Source: a virus
Taxonomy: Duplodnaviria; Caudoviricetes
DNA: 30,885 nucleotides
Reading direction: 5' to 3' (one strand)
Virus record (IMG/VR): IMGVR_UViG_3300026270_000017
Span: 1-30,885 of that record
Positions 1 through 8,269 of this stretch are shown here, one piece after another. The notes under the pieces are model-generated. The model saw only the letters and a program-made list of their open reading frames with translations. It did not search any database and had not been told where the DNA came from. Positions within the stretch are counted from its first letter, which is position 1, and each line of letters starts with the position of its first letter. The translations under genes and the position numbers were made by a program.

Positions 1-100
1 TACGATCTAGAGCATATTGAAACTGAGAACCCTTATTCATTTTACTGAGTAGATAATGTGCTACATCATATCTAAGTTCTTCTAGTTCATTCTCAGTCAT
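1..100 (-). CDS. Hypothetical protein, 3'-truncated by window edge (MTENELEELRYDVAHYLLSKMNKGSQFQYALDR...)
   Basis: ATG at 100 overlaps the TAA of the upstream 52-aa ORF (TAATG); frame is open to position 1. Not in the ORF track. Confidence 0.6.
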   Translation of the reverse strand, partial: MTENELEELRYDVAHYLLSKMNKGSQFQYALDR

Positions 101-258
101 TACATAGTCCTGTAACGAATAATTTCCTCAAAGCATTCACCAATCGAATCACCAAATCCAGTAATGTGGCAATCGTCTTCAATGTAATTCCAAATGAATG
201 TACCTAACTTTTCTTTTGGATAATCAACATCCTTGGAAAACTCAATCTCAATCTTCAT
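100..258 (-). CDS. Small hypothetical protein, 52 aa (MKIEIEFSKDVDYPKEKLGTFIWNYIEDDCHITGFGDSIGECFEEIIRYRTM)
   Basis: ATGA overlap with the gp44 stop and TAATG overlap with the next ORF, implying translational coupling. Below the ORF-track cutoff. Confidence 0.65.
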   Translation of the reverse strand: MKIEIEFSKDVDYPKEKLGTFIWNYIEDDCHITGFGDSIGECFEEIIRYRTM

Positions 259-1196
259 TTGAATTCACACTCCACCATAATTTCAGTAAGACAGGCAAGC
301 ATATTTATTTCTTGATCTGCCACGAATGCACTCTGATACTGATACTTAGCAATAATAAGCACAGCAGCAGGAATAGTAGCGTTTGTAAGGGATGAATAAC
401 AAGCATCGTAAATACGACGAAGAAGTACAGTAGTATCGTTGTCCAAATTAGAAACGATCCACTTACGAACCTCCGCAAAGTTTTTGTCCTTAAGATTTTT
501 GACAAGTTCATTTACAGCAACATCAGAGAACGTAGAAAGAATACCAGAGTCAATCTTCCCACTAACAGAATATCGTTGAATCTCATTAAGAACACGACGC
601 CAATCAGGGAAATGCTTATTGACAAGTTCTACCAGGACCTTGTTATCATATTCAATATCTTCTGTATCCAAGATTTCTTGGAGGCGTTTGAAGAATTGGG
701 CGGCGATGGATTGTCTGTCTTTTCCTTTGATTCCGAATTCGACGACGGCGCATCGCGAGTGGAGAGGTTCAAGGATTTTATTCTTGTAGTTACAGGTGAA
801 GATGAATCTGCAGTTACCAGCAAACTCCTCAATAAACGCCCGTAAGAGGAGTTGTACATCGTTGGACGTGTTATCTGCTTCATCAATAATGATGACTTTG
901 TGTTTCGCAGTTGAAGAAAGTGAGACGGTCGAAGCGAAATTTTTCGCATTGTTTCTGACAGTATCCAAGAATCGTCCTTCATCGGATCCATTGATGACAT
1001 AACAGTCAACTCCTAGTTCGTTACAGAGAGCCTTTGCTACTGTGGTCTTACCAATTCCTGGAGGACCAGAAAGAAGCATATTAGGAATCTCTCCTTTATC
1101 TAGGAAAGATTGAAATGTCTTCTTGGTTTGTTCAGGGAGGATACACTCTTCGATAGTCTTCGGGCGATACTTTTCAACCCAAATAAAATCACTCAT
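255..1196 (-). CDS. gp44: Sliding-clamp loader AAA+ subunit (T4 gp44-like)
   Basis: WVEKYRP N-terminus, Walker A GPPGIGKT, Walker B IIIDEAD, SRC motif; adjacent to gp45. Confidence 0.97.
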   Translation of the reverse strand: MSDFIWVEKYRPKTIEECILPEQTKKTFQSFLDKGEIPNMLLSGPPGIGKTTVAKALCNELGVDCYVINGSDEGRFLDTVRNNAKNFASTVSLSSTAKHKVIIIDEADNTSNDVQLLLRAFIEEFAGNCRFIFTCNYKNKILEPLHSRCAVVEFGIKGKDRQSIAAQFFKRLQEILDTEDIEYDNKVLVELVNKHFPDWRRVLNEIQRYSVSGKIDSGILSTFSDVAVNELVKNLKDKNFAEVRKWIVSNLDNDTTVLLRRIYDACYSSLTNATIPAAVLIIAKYQYQSAFVADQEINMLACLTEIMVECEFK

Positions 1197-1217
1197 AATA
1201 AAAGTTCACTCCAGTTA

Positions 1218-1883
1218 TCAACCAAAGGTTGAATCAGGTTCTAGGGCAATAAAATAGGTCAAATTGTACTTAGTGTTCACAAACTTAGAGAGAAGTTTTG
1301 AGGAAACAACTACATCATAAGCACCAGGAATAATCTTGATGTTTTCTACTTTGAAGTTGAAAGAAAAGTCTTGATCGGTCTCACCAACAACAATAGCGTA
1401 CTGATTAGAAGTATCATTCTTCTTATCATGAACAACCAGTTTAATAACACCTGCTTCACCAACAGCGGAGAAGTCGGGCAGTTGATAAACTTGTGCTGCC
1501 TTGATCAGTTTTTCCAAAGAAGAACTATCAAGTTGGAAACAAACATCTTGAGTAGGGAGGGTAATTTCTTTCTCAGGAGGAGAAACAATAACCGCAGGGT
1601 CAGCATAGAAATACTTGACTCGACGCTTACCTTCTTTGATACTCAGATATGATTCTTCCCTAAAATCAAGATCAGGATCTTGATGAAGACTCAAACCATT
1701 CAAAAATTGGTTTAAATCATAGATAGCGAAATCGCGTGGAAATTCTTCCTTAATATCCGCTTCTGCCAAAATATTCTTAGCAACGGAGATAGTGCGAAGT
1801 TTGTTGCCCTCTTTCACCAAGATAGAATTGTTGATGCCAGCAAAGTTCTTAAGAACGGTGAGAGTGTTATCGGACAGTTTCAT
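1218..1883 (-). CDS. gp45: DNA polymerase sliding clamp (T4 gp45-like)
   Basis: MKLSDNTLTVLKNFAGINNSI N-terminus, FAIYDLNQFL, YFIALE C-terminus typical of gp45. ATG at 1883 preferred over the track's 1907 start. Confidence 0.96.
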   Translation of the reverse strand: MKLSDNTLTVLKNFAGINNSILVKEGNKLRTISVAKNILAEADIKEEFPRDFAIYDLNQFLNGLSLHQDPDLDFREESYLSIKEGKRRVKYFYADPAVIVSPPEKEITLPTQDVCFQLDSSSLEKLIKAAQVYQLPDFSAVGEAGVIKLVVHDKKNDTSNQYAIVVGETDQDFSFNFKVENIKIIPGAYDVVVSSKLLSKFVNTKYNLTYFIALEPDSTFG

Positions 1884-1903
1884 AGTATTGAGATTCAATT
1901 TGA

Positions 1904-2434
1904 TCACTGGGGGTAGGTTTCACGTTTTGCATTCTTGTCGTTAAAATGCATTAGAAGCACAGCATAGTGCAAGATCTTCATAATGTCACGACGTGCAGTG
2001 CCTTTCTTATCATATCGAGAGGCATACTTAAGGATGTTGGATCGACAGAAAGATTCACCATCACCACACGCTTCAATCAGATCAAGTGTCTGAATTTTAT
2101 CATCACCAGCAGAGTAGTGCTGATTGTATGTGCCAGTAATATAATCTTTCAGTTCTTTGAGGATTACATCCTCGCTATACTTGTATTTGTTTAGTTTGTT
2201 CTTTTCATCCATAGTCAAATCAAATGTGATAGTGTCATTACCTACGCTGGAAAAATTGAAAGGGATAGATTGTGCAGCATAAGGAACATAATTATCGGCA
2301 GAACTAGTGAAGAGGATAGTATCATTAGATGTTGCACCAGAGATTGGTGTCCCCAGATTTAGCATATCTGAGTAGTTGTCTTCACCAATAGATTCATTCA
2401 TAGTATCGTAAAGTAAACTCCAAGCATTAGTCAT
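1904..2434 (-). CDS. DUF3310-like protein (T7 gp1.7 nucleotide-kinase-like family) with a low-complexity N-terminal extension
   Basis: C-terminal HYS...QTLDLIEACGDGESFCRSNILKYASRYDKKG...DIMKILHYA fits the DUF3310 pattern. Start uncertain (ATG at 2434, 2401 or 2212). Confidence 0.7.
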   Translation of the reverse strand: MTNAWSLLYDTMNESIGEDNYSDMLNLGTPISGATSNDTILFTSSADNYVPYAAQSIPFNFSSVGNDTITFDLTMDEKNKLNKYKYSEDVILKELKDYITGTYNQHYSAGDDKIQTLDLIEACGDGESFCRSNILKYASRYDKKGTARRDIMKILHYAVLLMHFNDKNAKRETYPQ

Positions 2435-2461
2435 TATATCAGAAAGGGGATTCAATAGCAA
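2433..2461 (-). promoter_or_regulatory. Sigma70-type promoter TTGCTA-N17-TATAAT with extended -10 (TGn)
   Basis: -35 at 2461-2456 and -10 at 2438-2433 on the minus strand; points into the DUF3310/gp45/gp44 genes. Confidence 0.55.
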
Positions 2462-3515
2462 CTGCTTCTTCAGAAGGCATCACGAAATCAGCATCAACCT
2501 TATCATACAGTTCAAGGAATGCTTGCTTGGTTTCATCATCGAAACGATTAACACAAACCTGAATTGCCTTCGCCTTATCTCCAAAGATGCTGTATGCCTT
2601 CACAATATGAACCAGGCGACGGGTAGAGATGATCTCCTCAATACCACCATCATAGAAAGTCTTACGGATGATATCTGCCCAATCAGCGAGTCTCTTACAG
2701 AAGTTTTCATCAGCACAAAGTTTGCCGAGAATCTTAACTTCTGTAGCAGCAGTGGGATATTCTTGCTCAAAAGTTACAGGGAATCGCTCAAGGAAGGCTT
2801 CGTTGAGCACGTTAGTTCCAATGAATCGTCCATCGTCTGAACCTTTACCTTTAGTATTTGCGGTTGCGATGACGTTGAAACCTGCACTGGGTCGGACAAA
2901 CTGTCCAATTTTTTTAAGGAAGACTCCATTTCCTTCAAGAATGCTTTGGAGACAGAGAATTTTATTAGAGGCGAGGTCGATCTCGTCAAGGAGCAGGATA
3001 GCTCCTCGCTGGAGTGCCTCAATGACTGGGCCATTGTGCCAGACGGTTGCACCATTAACAAGGCGGAAACCGCCAATAAGATCATCTTCATCAGTTTCAA
3101 TAGTAATGTTTACACGAATAAGTTCTCTACCCAACTGAGCACACGCTTGCTCAACTGAGAACGTTTTACCGTTTCCAGATAGTCCTGTAATGAACGTAGG
3201 ATAGAATACACGGGACTCAATAATTTTCTTAATATCACCGAAATTGCCAAACTTGACGAAGGAATCATCTTTTTGAGGAGTAAGGTTTTGTTCAATTGCA
3301 GGCATAGCAGGTGGTGCCTGATAGTTTTGTTCCAGTTTTTCCTGGACACTCAAATTCCAGCGACCACGACTAACCTTGTAATCATTCAGTTTGTTGGTGA
3401 CAGTCTGATAATTCATATCATTCATGCTGCACCACCCCTTAATATCACCAGAGGTGATTGATTCACCATAGGTTGCTTGAAGTGATTCGATGATGCTTTG
3501 CCTGGACAGTCCCAT
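2439..3515 (-). CDS. cobS: CobS/MoxR-like AAA+ ATPase (cyanophage 'cobS')
   Basis: Walker A GLSGNGKT, Walker B LLLDEID, ATAN sensor, LERF arginine finger, STRRLV; this gene is typical of T4-like cyanophages. Confidence 0.9.
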   Translation of the reverse strand: MGLSRQSIIESLQATYGESITSGDIKGWCSMNDMNYQTVTNKLNDYKVSRGRWNLSVQEKLEQNYQAPPAMPAIEQNLTPQKDDSFVKFGNFGDIKKIIESRVFYPTFITGLSGNGKTFSVEQACAQLGRELIRVNITIETDEDDLIGGFRLVNGATVWHNGPVIEALQRGAILLLDEIDLASNKILCLQSILEGNGVFLKKIGQFVRPSAGFNVIATANTKGKGSDDGRFIGTNVLNEAFLERFPVTFEQEYPTAATEVKILGKLCADENFCKRLADWADIIRKTFYDGGIEEIISTRRLVHIVKAYSIFGDKAKAIQVCVNRFDDETKQAFLELYDKVDADFVMPSEEAVAIESPF

Positions 3516-3539
3516 TGGGTTGTTTTCTTAACTGAAGTA

Positions 3540-3595
3540 ATTATACAAAAAAAGAGGGCACTTTGGAGTGCCCTCTGTGACAGTTATGTAAGTGG
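3540..3595 (-). promoter_or_regulatory. Composite early-type promoter: CCACTT-N4-AACTGTC upstream motif, 33-nt spacer containing a terminator hairpin, then TATAAT
   Basis: Minus strand reads CCACTTACATAACTGTCACA-GAGGGCACTCCAAAGTGCCCTC-TTTTTTTG-TATAAT; the same architecture recurs at 7594-7647. Confidence 0.65.
3547..3575 (-). terminator. Rho-independent terminator
   Basis: GAGGGCACT-CCAA-AGTGCCCTC 9-bp stem followed by T7, about 20 nt after the stop of the 83-aa gene. Confidence 0.85.
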
Positions 3596-3596
3596 A

Positions 3597-3848
3597 TCAG
3601 TGATCCTCTACTTCTTTCAGTTCATCAATGAGGGCATCTTTACTACGGCGTCTATCGAGTTCAATACCCATTGTTCTGCCATATTCTTCAAGTTCTTTCT
3701 TAGACATATCATACAATGATACATCACTTTCATAAGTCTCTTCTTCAGAAACTTCCACAACTTCTTCTACAACAGGTTCAGGAGCAGGTGCTGCCTCAAC
3801 CTTGGGAGCGGGTGCTCCGCCTCTAAGTAAATCTCCGAACTTGCTCAT
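3597..3848 (-). CDS. Small acidic protein with a C-terminal HeH/Rho-N-like helical module
   Basis: Pro/Glu-rich linker then LYDMSKKELEEYGRTMGIELDRRRSKDALIDEL, matching the Rho-N/HeH/SAP-like pattern. Late promoter upstream. Confidence 0.7.
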   Translation of the reverse strand: MSKFGDLLRGGAPAPKVEAAPAPEPVVEEVVEVSEEETYESDVSLYDMSKKELEEYGRTMGIELDRRRSKDALIDELKEVEDH

Positions 3849-3870
3849 TAGTCTAACAGTAGTTTTCTAT

Positions 3871-3877
3871 TATTTAT
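3871..3877 (-). promoter_or_regulatory. T4-type late promoter (ATAAATA)
   Basis: ATAAATA 23 nt upstream of the ATG at 3848. Confidence 0.65.
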
Positions 3878-5241
3878 CAATCAGGAAGTCCTCTTATTCC
3901 TGACCTCTTATCAGCATTATATCTTCTCAATGCTTCTTTAGATCCTGGATTATTTGGATTATACCAAGAAGGTCTCCCCATTTCTATATTTCTCTGCATG
4001 ATTTGAGTAGCTTCTCTACGCTTATTAGCGTCACTAACAGCACGAGGATCTAGATTATTCAATCTATTTGTTTCCCTCGTTGCAGCGCGAGTAGCATCAT
4101 TTGCCTTTGATGCTGCAGTACTCTTATTGAGTCTATTCACAGCATCTGTTGCTTGACCTTGGCGAAGTCTCATAGCACCAATATCACCAGCAGGAATTCT
4201 GGTTGGTTTAGGTGATCTACCAAACATTCTACCAACTCTCTGCAAACCTTTAGTAACAAGTGGTTTGCTAGCTCGCATAAGAGGATCAATAATTATCTTT
4301 TTCAAAATATTCTCATCAAGATTTGCCATCATATACATAGTGTCTTCTTCACTATATCCCTCATTGATAAATTCACCCTTTACAATATCAAAAAGATCGG
4401 CACTTTGAATATCAAGTGATTTCTTAATTTTGCCAGTTGCAGCAGAAGATCTCCTTTGAGTTACACTTATACTAGAGTCTGGATTAACTTTCGTTTTTAC
4501 AGTATCTCCTACATTAACACCTGCTTTTTGAACACCAGACCTAACTGTATTCTGTACAGAAGACTGTTGATTTGCAGAAATCCTACTCTTAACAGCATCA
4601 ACTTCTTGCTTAACACTTCCTGATGAAGTATTGCTCCTTCCTGCATTTACAGATGCTTTTATAGCAGCTTCTTCACCTTGACCTGCCGATCTTGCTGTTT
4701 GTGCTGCCTTTAGTTCTGCAGCTGTGGGTGTTCTTCTCTCAAATTTTGTTCCACCAGGAGTGGTTGCAGTTGCGGGTTTATTAGTTGCCTTAAATGCCGC
4801 GTTACCGAATGCCTTTGCATCGCCGCCAGATTTTCTCAATCTATCATATTCCTTATTAATTTCAGCTTTGGATGAATATGTCTTACCATCAATTGTATAT
4901 GTTTGCGATGGTTTTACACTCGTCGATGATGATGGTGAAGACGATGGTAAGGCAGTCTGTCCTCTAGATGCCCTTCTTTCATTTTCTGCTTTTATTTTTG
5001 CCGCTTCTTGATCTCTTTTAGCATCAGCAGCAGTATAGTTTGATCTAGAATTTTCTCTAGAAGCAACTTCTCTCTGCTGCATTCTTTTTGCTATAAGACC
5101 TTCTGGATTTCCAGATTTTTTAACAAGTTCAGCAAACTCTGCATCACTCATTGATGCATAATCAGGAACTTGTTCTTGAATATAAACTTTAGCGTAAGCC
5201 TCTTTCAGAGACTTCGCTCCTCTACCAGTTAACCTATCCAT
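3877..5241 (-). CDS. Hypothetical basic low-complexity protein (~454 aa), candidate internal virion protein
   Basis: Long ORF; ATG at 5241 directly follows the 52-aa gene. N-terminal KSLKEAYAKVYIQE leader and internal DLFDIVKGEFINEGYSEE...MANLDE module are shared with neighbours. Confidence 0.75.
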   Translation of the reverse strand: MDRLTGRGAKSLKEAYAKVYIQEQVPDYASMSDAEFAELVKKSGNPEGLIAKRMQQREVASRENSRSNYTAADAKRDQEAAKIKAENERRASRGQTALPSSSPSSSTSVKPSQTYTIDGKTYSSKAEINKEYDRLRKSGGDAKAFGNAAFKATNKPATATTPGGTKFERRTPTAAELKAAQTARSAGQGEEAAIKASVNAGRSNTSSGSVKQEVDAVKSRISANQQSSVQNTVRSGVQKAGVNVGDTVKTKVNPDSSISVTQRRSSAATGKIKKSLDIQSADLFDIVKGEFINEGYSEEDTMYMMANLDENILKKIIIDPLMRASKPLVTKGLQRVGRMFGRSPKPTRIPAGDIGAMRLRQGQATDAVNRLNKSTAASKANDATRAATRETNRLNNLDPRAVSDANKRREATQIMQRNIEMGRPSWYNPNNPGSKEALRRYNADKRSGIRGLPD

Positions 5242-5243
5242 TA

Positions 5244-5402
5244 TCAACCCTCTTGGATTTGTTCAAACCACTGCTCACTCATTCCGCTGATAATGGAATC
5301 CGCAGATTCTACGTCCGTAGCGTAACCTTCCTCAATGAGGTGTGTTACAACCTTTTCATAGATCTCTTTAGTCTCTTTTAATTGCTTGGGGGAAGGTTTC
5401 AT
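5244..5402 (-). CDS. 52-aa protein missed by the ORF track (MKPSPKQLKETKEIYEKVVTHLIEEGYATDVESADSIISGMSEQWFEQIQEG)
   Basis: Has its own late promoter at 5427-5433, fills the gap exactly, and is homologous to the C-terminus of the 201-aa protein (HLIxEG(Y/F)A...MSExW...I.EG). Confidence 0.8.
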   Translation of the reverse strand: MKPSPKQLKETKEIYEKVVTHLIEEGYATDVESADSIISGMSEQWFEQIQEG

Positions 5403-5426
5403 CTCTAGACACTTTTTCTATAAACC

Positions 5427-5433
5427 TATTTAT
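5427..5433 (-). promoter_or_regulatory. T4-type late promoter (ATAAATA)
   Basis: Immediately after the vWA gene stop, 25 nt upstream of the ATG at 5402. Confidence 0.65.
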
Positions 5434-7572
5434 TCAAGCGATAAGTTCAACAAATTCGCCCAAAACTCTCTTATTCATTTTCTTACTTTTCAAACTTTTA
5501 GCAAAAGCAGATTTGATCTTTGCCTTGGTAGCACCCTCATCGACATCAAAATCAGAATCATTAGAAAGTGCAGTTCCAGAAAGTCCAAAGTAGGTGTGAT
5601 ATCCAGATTTATGAATAGCAAATGCCCGTTCTTTTTTCCAAATCTTTTGAATCTTATCAAAGTTTTTACCACCCCAACCAGTGTAGCGACGAATAAAACT
5701 ATTAGCATCACGAGATTCAAGAACACGAATACCAATGAAGTTTACGTCAGTAAAGTTATCACGAAGATTGCGAAGAAGAATATCAGTAAACTCATACCAC
5801 TCACAATCAAGAGAGTAGGTATTACCAGTATTACGATCTCTTAGGAAAGCATTATGATGAATAGTCCCAGTTCCGATGAAAGGTTCGTGTTCCCAGTGAC
5901 GCTGGATTTCACGATGAAGTTTCAAAGGAGGTGCTTCACCATCAGTCATTACGACACATTGAACCTTTTGAAGTTTATTTTCTTTCTTAAATTGAGGCAA
6001 AATCTGATGCAAAGAAATCATTGCTTCATTCAGAGGAGTTCCAGAGAGATTCAATCCTGTAGGAATAGGAAGCATACCATAACGACGGAAAGAAGCTGCT
6101 AAGCGATAAAAGTTTTTCATTTGCTTCTCCATTTCTTTCAAGTTAGTTTTACTAGTGAAGATATTCATCATAGAAAACCACTCAGCAATATAGAGAAGAC
6201 CTTCACGTTTTTCGTAGGGGAGATCACGAACCTCTGGATTACCCTCACTATCATAATTAATAAGAGGATATTCATTAGTGAAAGCATATACTTCAAACGG
6301 AATAGAAACTTTCTTACAGAACCACATTAGATTGTAGAGTTGCTTGATAGTATCAAGCATGACATCACACATAGAACCACTCCAATCAAGGACGAAAACA
6401 AGACCGTGACTCTTACCATCAGCGAGTGTGGTTACTTTCTTAAACAAATCTTCATTGTATTTGTAAGTATGCAGTTTAGTACAGTCAAGAATACCAGTAC
6501 GAGCAGTAGTTGAGCGAGCATAAGAATCTGCTGCTTTTTTACACTCAAACTCTTTCACCAAATAGTTAACTTCTTTCTGAGCATATTTTTTAAATTTCAA
6601 AAACTCTTTATCAACAAGACCAAAAATTTGTTCTTCAGTAAAATCATGTTCTTTAATCAAATCATCCCACTCACAAAAACGTGAGTGAATTTCAGAATTA
6701 GGAACAACAATTTTTCTCAAATCAACTTTAGGCACTTCAACATAAACATTTTCAGTGCCATTATTAGAGATAAGATCCTTAAGAGCTTCCTCTAAAGTAT
6801 TCATAGTGGACACTTCAGGATCATCAGAACTCTGATCACCCCCAGAAGATTGATCATCACTAGATTCCACATCTAAGTCATCACTACTATCTTCACCCTC
6901 TTGAGGTTCTTCATTAGTGGATTGTTCAATACTAGGAGATGGACTCTGATCAATCTGAGATTGATCTTCATTACCTTCTTGACCGCCTTGCATTTCAAGG
7001 TTATCGGTCTTAGTCATCATCTCCTGTTGTTCCTTACAAAACTCATAAAGTTCTTTGGAAACTTGCAGAACGTCATCGAAAGTTTCGGTATCAGAAATTT
7101 TTCTCATCAATTCACTTTCTCTTTCAGTGAAGGTAATATTTACAAAACTACCAATCTTGAACTGAAGATTTGCCTTATCAGCAAGATTCATTGTATTCAG
7201 ATTCTCATTCTCAATCTGAAAGAAATCAACCTCTGCTAGTTCTTGATATCCCCGATAGAATGTCTTGGATATACCTGCATATCGACGCTTCATTAGTTTC
7301 TCAATTCGCACATCTTCAACCACATTCACAAACTGTGGAGGAATTTTTACATCCTTTAACCAGTTACGATCAGGCGTATAGAGTGCGTGTCCAACTTCAT
7401 GTCCAACCAGCATATCGTAAACTTGACTACTTGCCTTTTCCCACATTGGCAAAGTCAGAACACGAGTGTGGACGTTGAAACAAGCAGTTTCACAATTCTT
7501 GTGTTCAACCACAAGATCTTCAGTTGCCAAAAGTTTAGCAAGTTGAGATTTGATTTCGTGTGAAACTGCCAT
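5434..7572 (-). CDS. Zinc-metallopeptidase-like (HExxH) plus vWA (CobT-like) protein
   Basis: GHEVGHALYT and VEDVRIE in the N-terminal domain, acidic linker, MIDAS DWSGS, SGTPL and VMTDGE in the C-terminal vWA domain. ATG at 7572 (MAVSHEIK) lies downstream of the -10 box. Confidence 0.88.
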   Translation of the reverse strand: MAVSHEIKSQLAKLLATEDLVVEHKNCETACFNVHTRVLTLPMWEKASSQVYDMLVGHEVGHALYTPDRNWLKDVKIPPQFVNVVEDVRIEKLMKRRYAGISKTFYRGYQELAEVDFFQIENENLNTMNLADKANLQFKIGSFVNITFTERESELMRKISDTETFDDVLQVSKELYEFCKEQQEMMTKTDNLEMQGGQEGNEDQSQIDQSPSPSIEQSTNEEPQEGEDSSDDLDVESSDDQSSGGDQSSDDPEVSTMNTLEEALKDLISNNGTENVYVEVPKVDLRKIVVPNSEIHSRFCEWDDLIKEHDFTEEQIFGLVDKEFLKFKKYAQKEVNYLVKEFECKKAADSYARSTTARTGILDCTKLHTYKYNEDLFKKVTTLADGKSHGLVFVLDWSGSMCDVMLDTIKQLYNLMWFCKKVSIPFEVYAFTNEYPLINYDSEGNPEVRDLPYEKREGLLYIAEWFSMMNIFTSKTNLKEMEKQMKNFYRLAASFRRYGMLPIPTGLNLSGTPLNEAMISLHQILPQFKKENKLQKVQCVVMTDGEAPPLKLHREIQRHWEHEPFIGTGTIHHNAFLRDRNTGNTYSLDCEWYEFTDILLRNLRDNFTDVNFIGIRVLESRDANSFIRRYTGWGGKNFDKIQKIWKKERAFAIHKSGYHTYFGLSGTALSNDSDFDVDEGATKAKIKSAFAKSLKSKKMNKRVLGEFVELIA

Positions 7573-7593
7573 TGCTTGGTTGCGTATGGATCT

Positions 7594-7647
7594 ATTATAC
7601 AAAAAAAGGAGGTCCGAAGACCTCCCAGTAGACAGTTTATAAACTGG
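7594..7647 (-). promoter_or_regulatory. Composite early-type promoter: CCAGTT-N4-AACTGTC motif, 31-nt spacer with terminator hairpin, then TATAAT
   Basis: Minus strand reads CCAGTTTATAAACTGTCTACTG-GGAGGTCTTCGGACCTCC-TTTTTTTG-TATAAT; contains the perfect 14-bp palindrome CAGTTTATAAACTG (7633-7646). Confidence 0.65.
7601..7625 (-). terminator. Rho-independent terminator with UUCG tetraloop
   Basis: GGAGGTC-TTCG-GACCTCC followed by T7. Confidence 0.9.
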
Positions 7648-7649
7648 AT

Positions 7650-8255
7650 TTATTCAGACTGATTGCCTTCAATGATACGCTGCTTCCAACTTTCACTCAT
7701 ACTTGTCATAATAGAGTGTGCTGCTTCCTCAGTATCAGCAAAACCTTCATCAATCAGGTGACCTTTAATAAGATCATAGAGGTCTGCATCCTCACCCATA
7801 GACTTGGGTTGTTTACCTTGATTAGGTCTGCGCTTACCCTTTCTTGCTGCTTTTGCTTCAGGAGATTGATCTGCAGGTCCAATAACCCTTCTAGTAACTT
7901 CACCAACAGCTTTCATAAAACCACCACCCATTTCACTGATGGTATCTTCCTGATGTTCAACGTGCTCATTGTGTGCTTCCATAGTAAGAACATCAAGTTC
8001 TTCTACAGAGACATCTTCTACAATACCGTGCTCAAACTGAACATTGTAGTGTGAAACAAAACCGTTCTCATCGGGAACAGCATGCTGACCGAAGATAGTT
8101 TCACCCTCACCGTACTCTTCATGGCATACTTTTTTAGCGCAATTGTGATCGCCCTTTTCAGACTTGCTTACACAATCGCCTTTTTTCTTCTTGCCATATC
8201 CCTCATAAACGGAAGCATATGCCTCCATAAGAGATCTTACTTCTTTTGCTTCCAT
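7650..8255 (-). CDS. Hypothetical 201-aa modular protein, candidate internal virion protein
   Basis: RSLMEAYASVYE leader, His/Cys-rich beta module (HNCAKKVCHEEYGEG...YNVQFEHG), ISE|M basic segment, C-terminal DLYDLIKGHLIDEGFA...MSESW module. Confidence 0.8.
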   Translation of the reverse strand: MEAKEVRSLMEAYASVYEGYGKKKKGDCVSKSEKGDHNCAKKVCHEEYGEGETIFGQHAVPDENGFVSHYNVQFEHGIVEDVSVEELDVLTMEAHNEHVEHQEDTISEMGGGFMKAVGEVTRRVIGPADQSPEAKAARKGKRRPNQGKQPKSMGEDADLYDLIKGHLIDEGFADTEEAAHSIMTSMSESWKQRIIEGNQSE

Positions 8256-8269
8256 CGTAATGAAAAAAA

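Noticed and set aside
2439-3515. Cobalamin biosynthesis as the function of 'cobS'
   Set aside because: Only the AAA+ motifs are visible, there is no cobN here, and the partner carries a peptidase domain; kept as a family name only.
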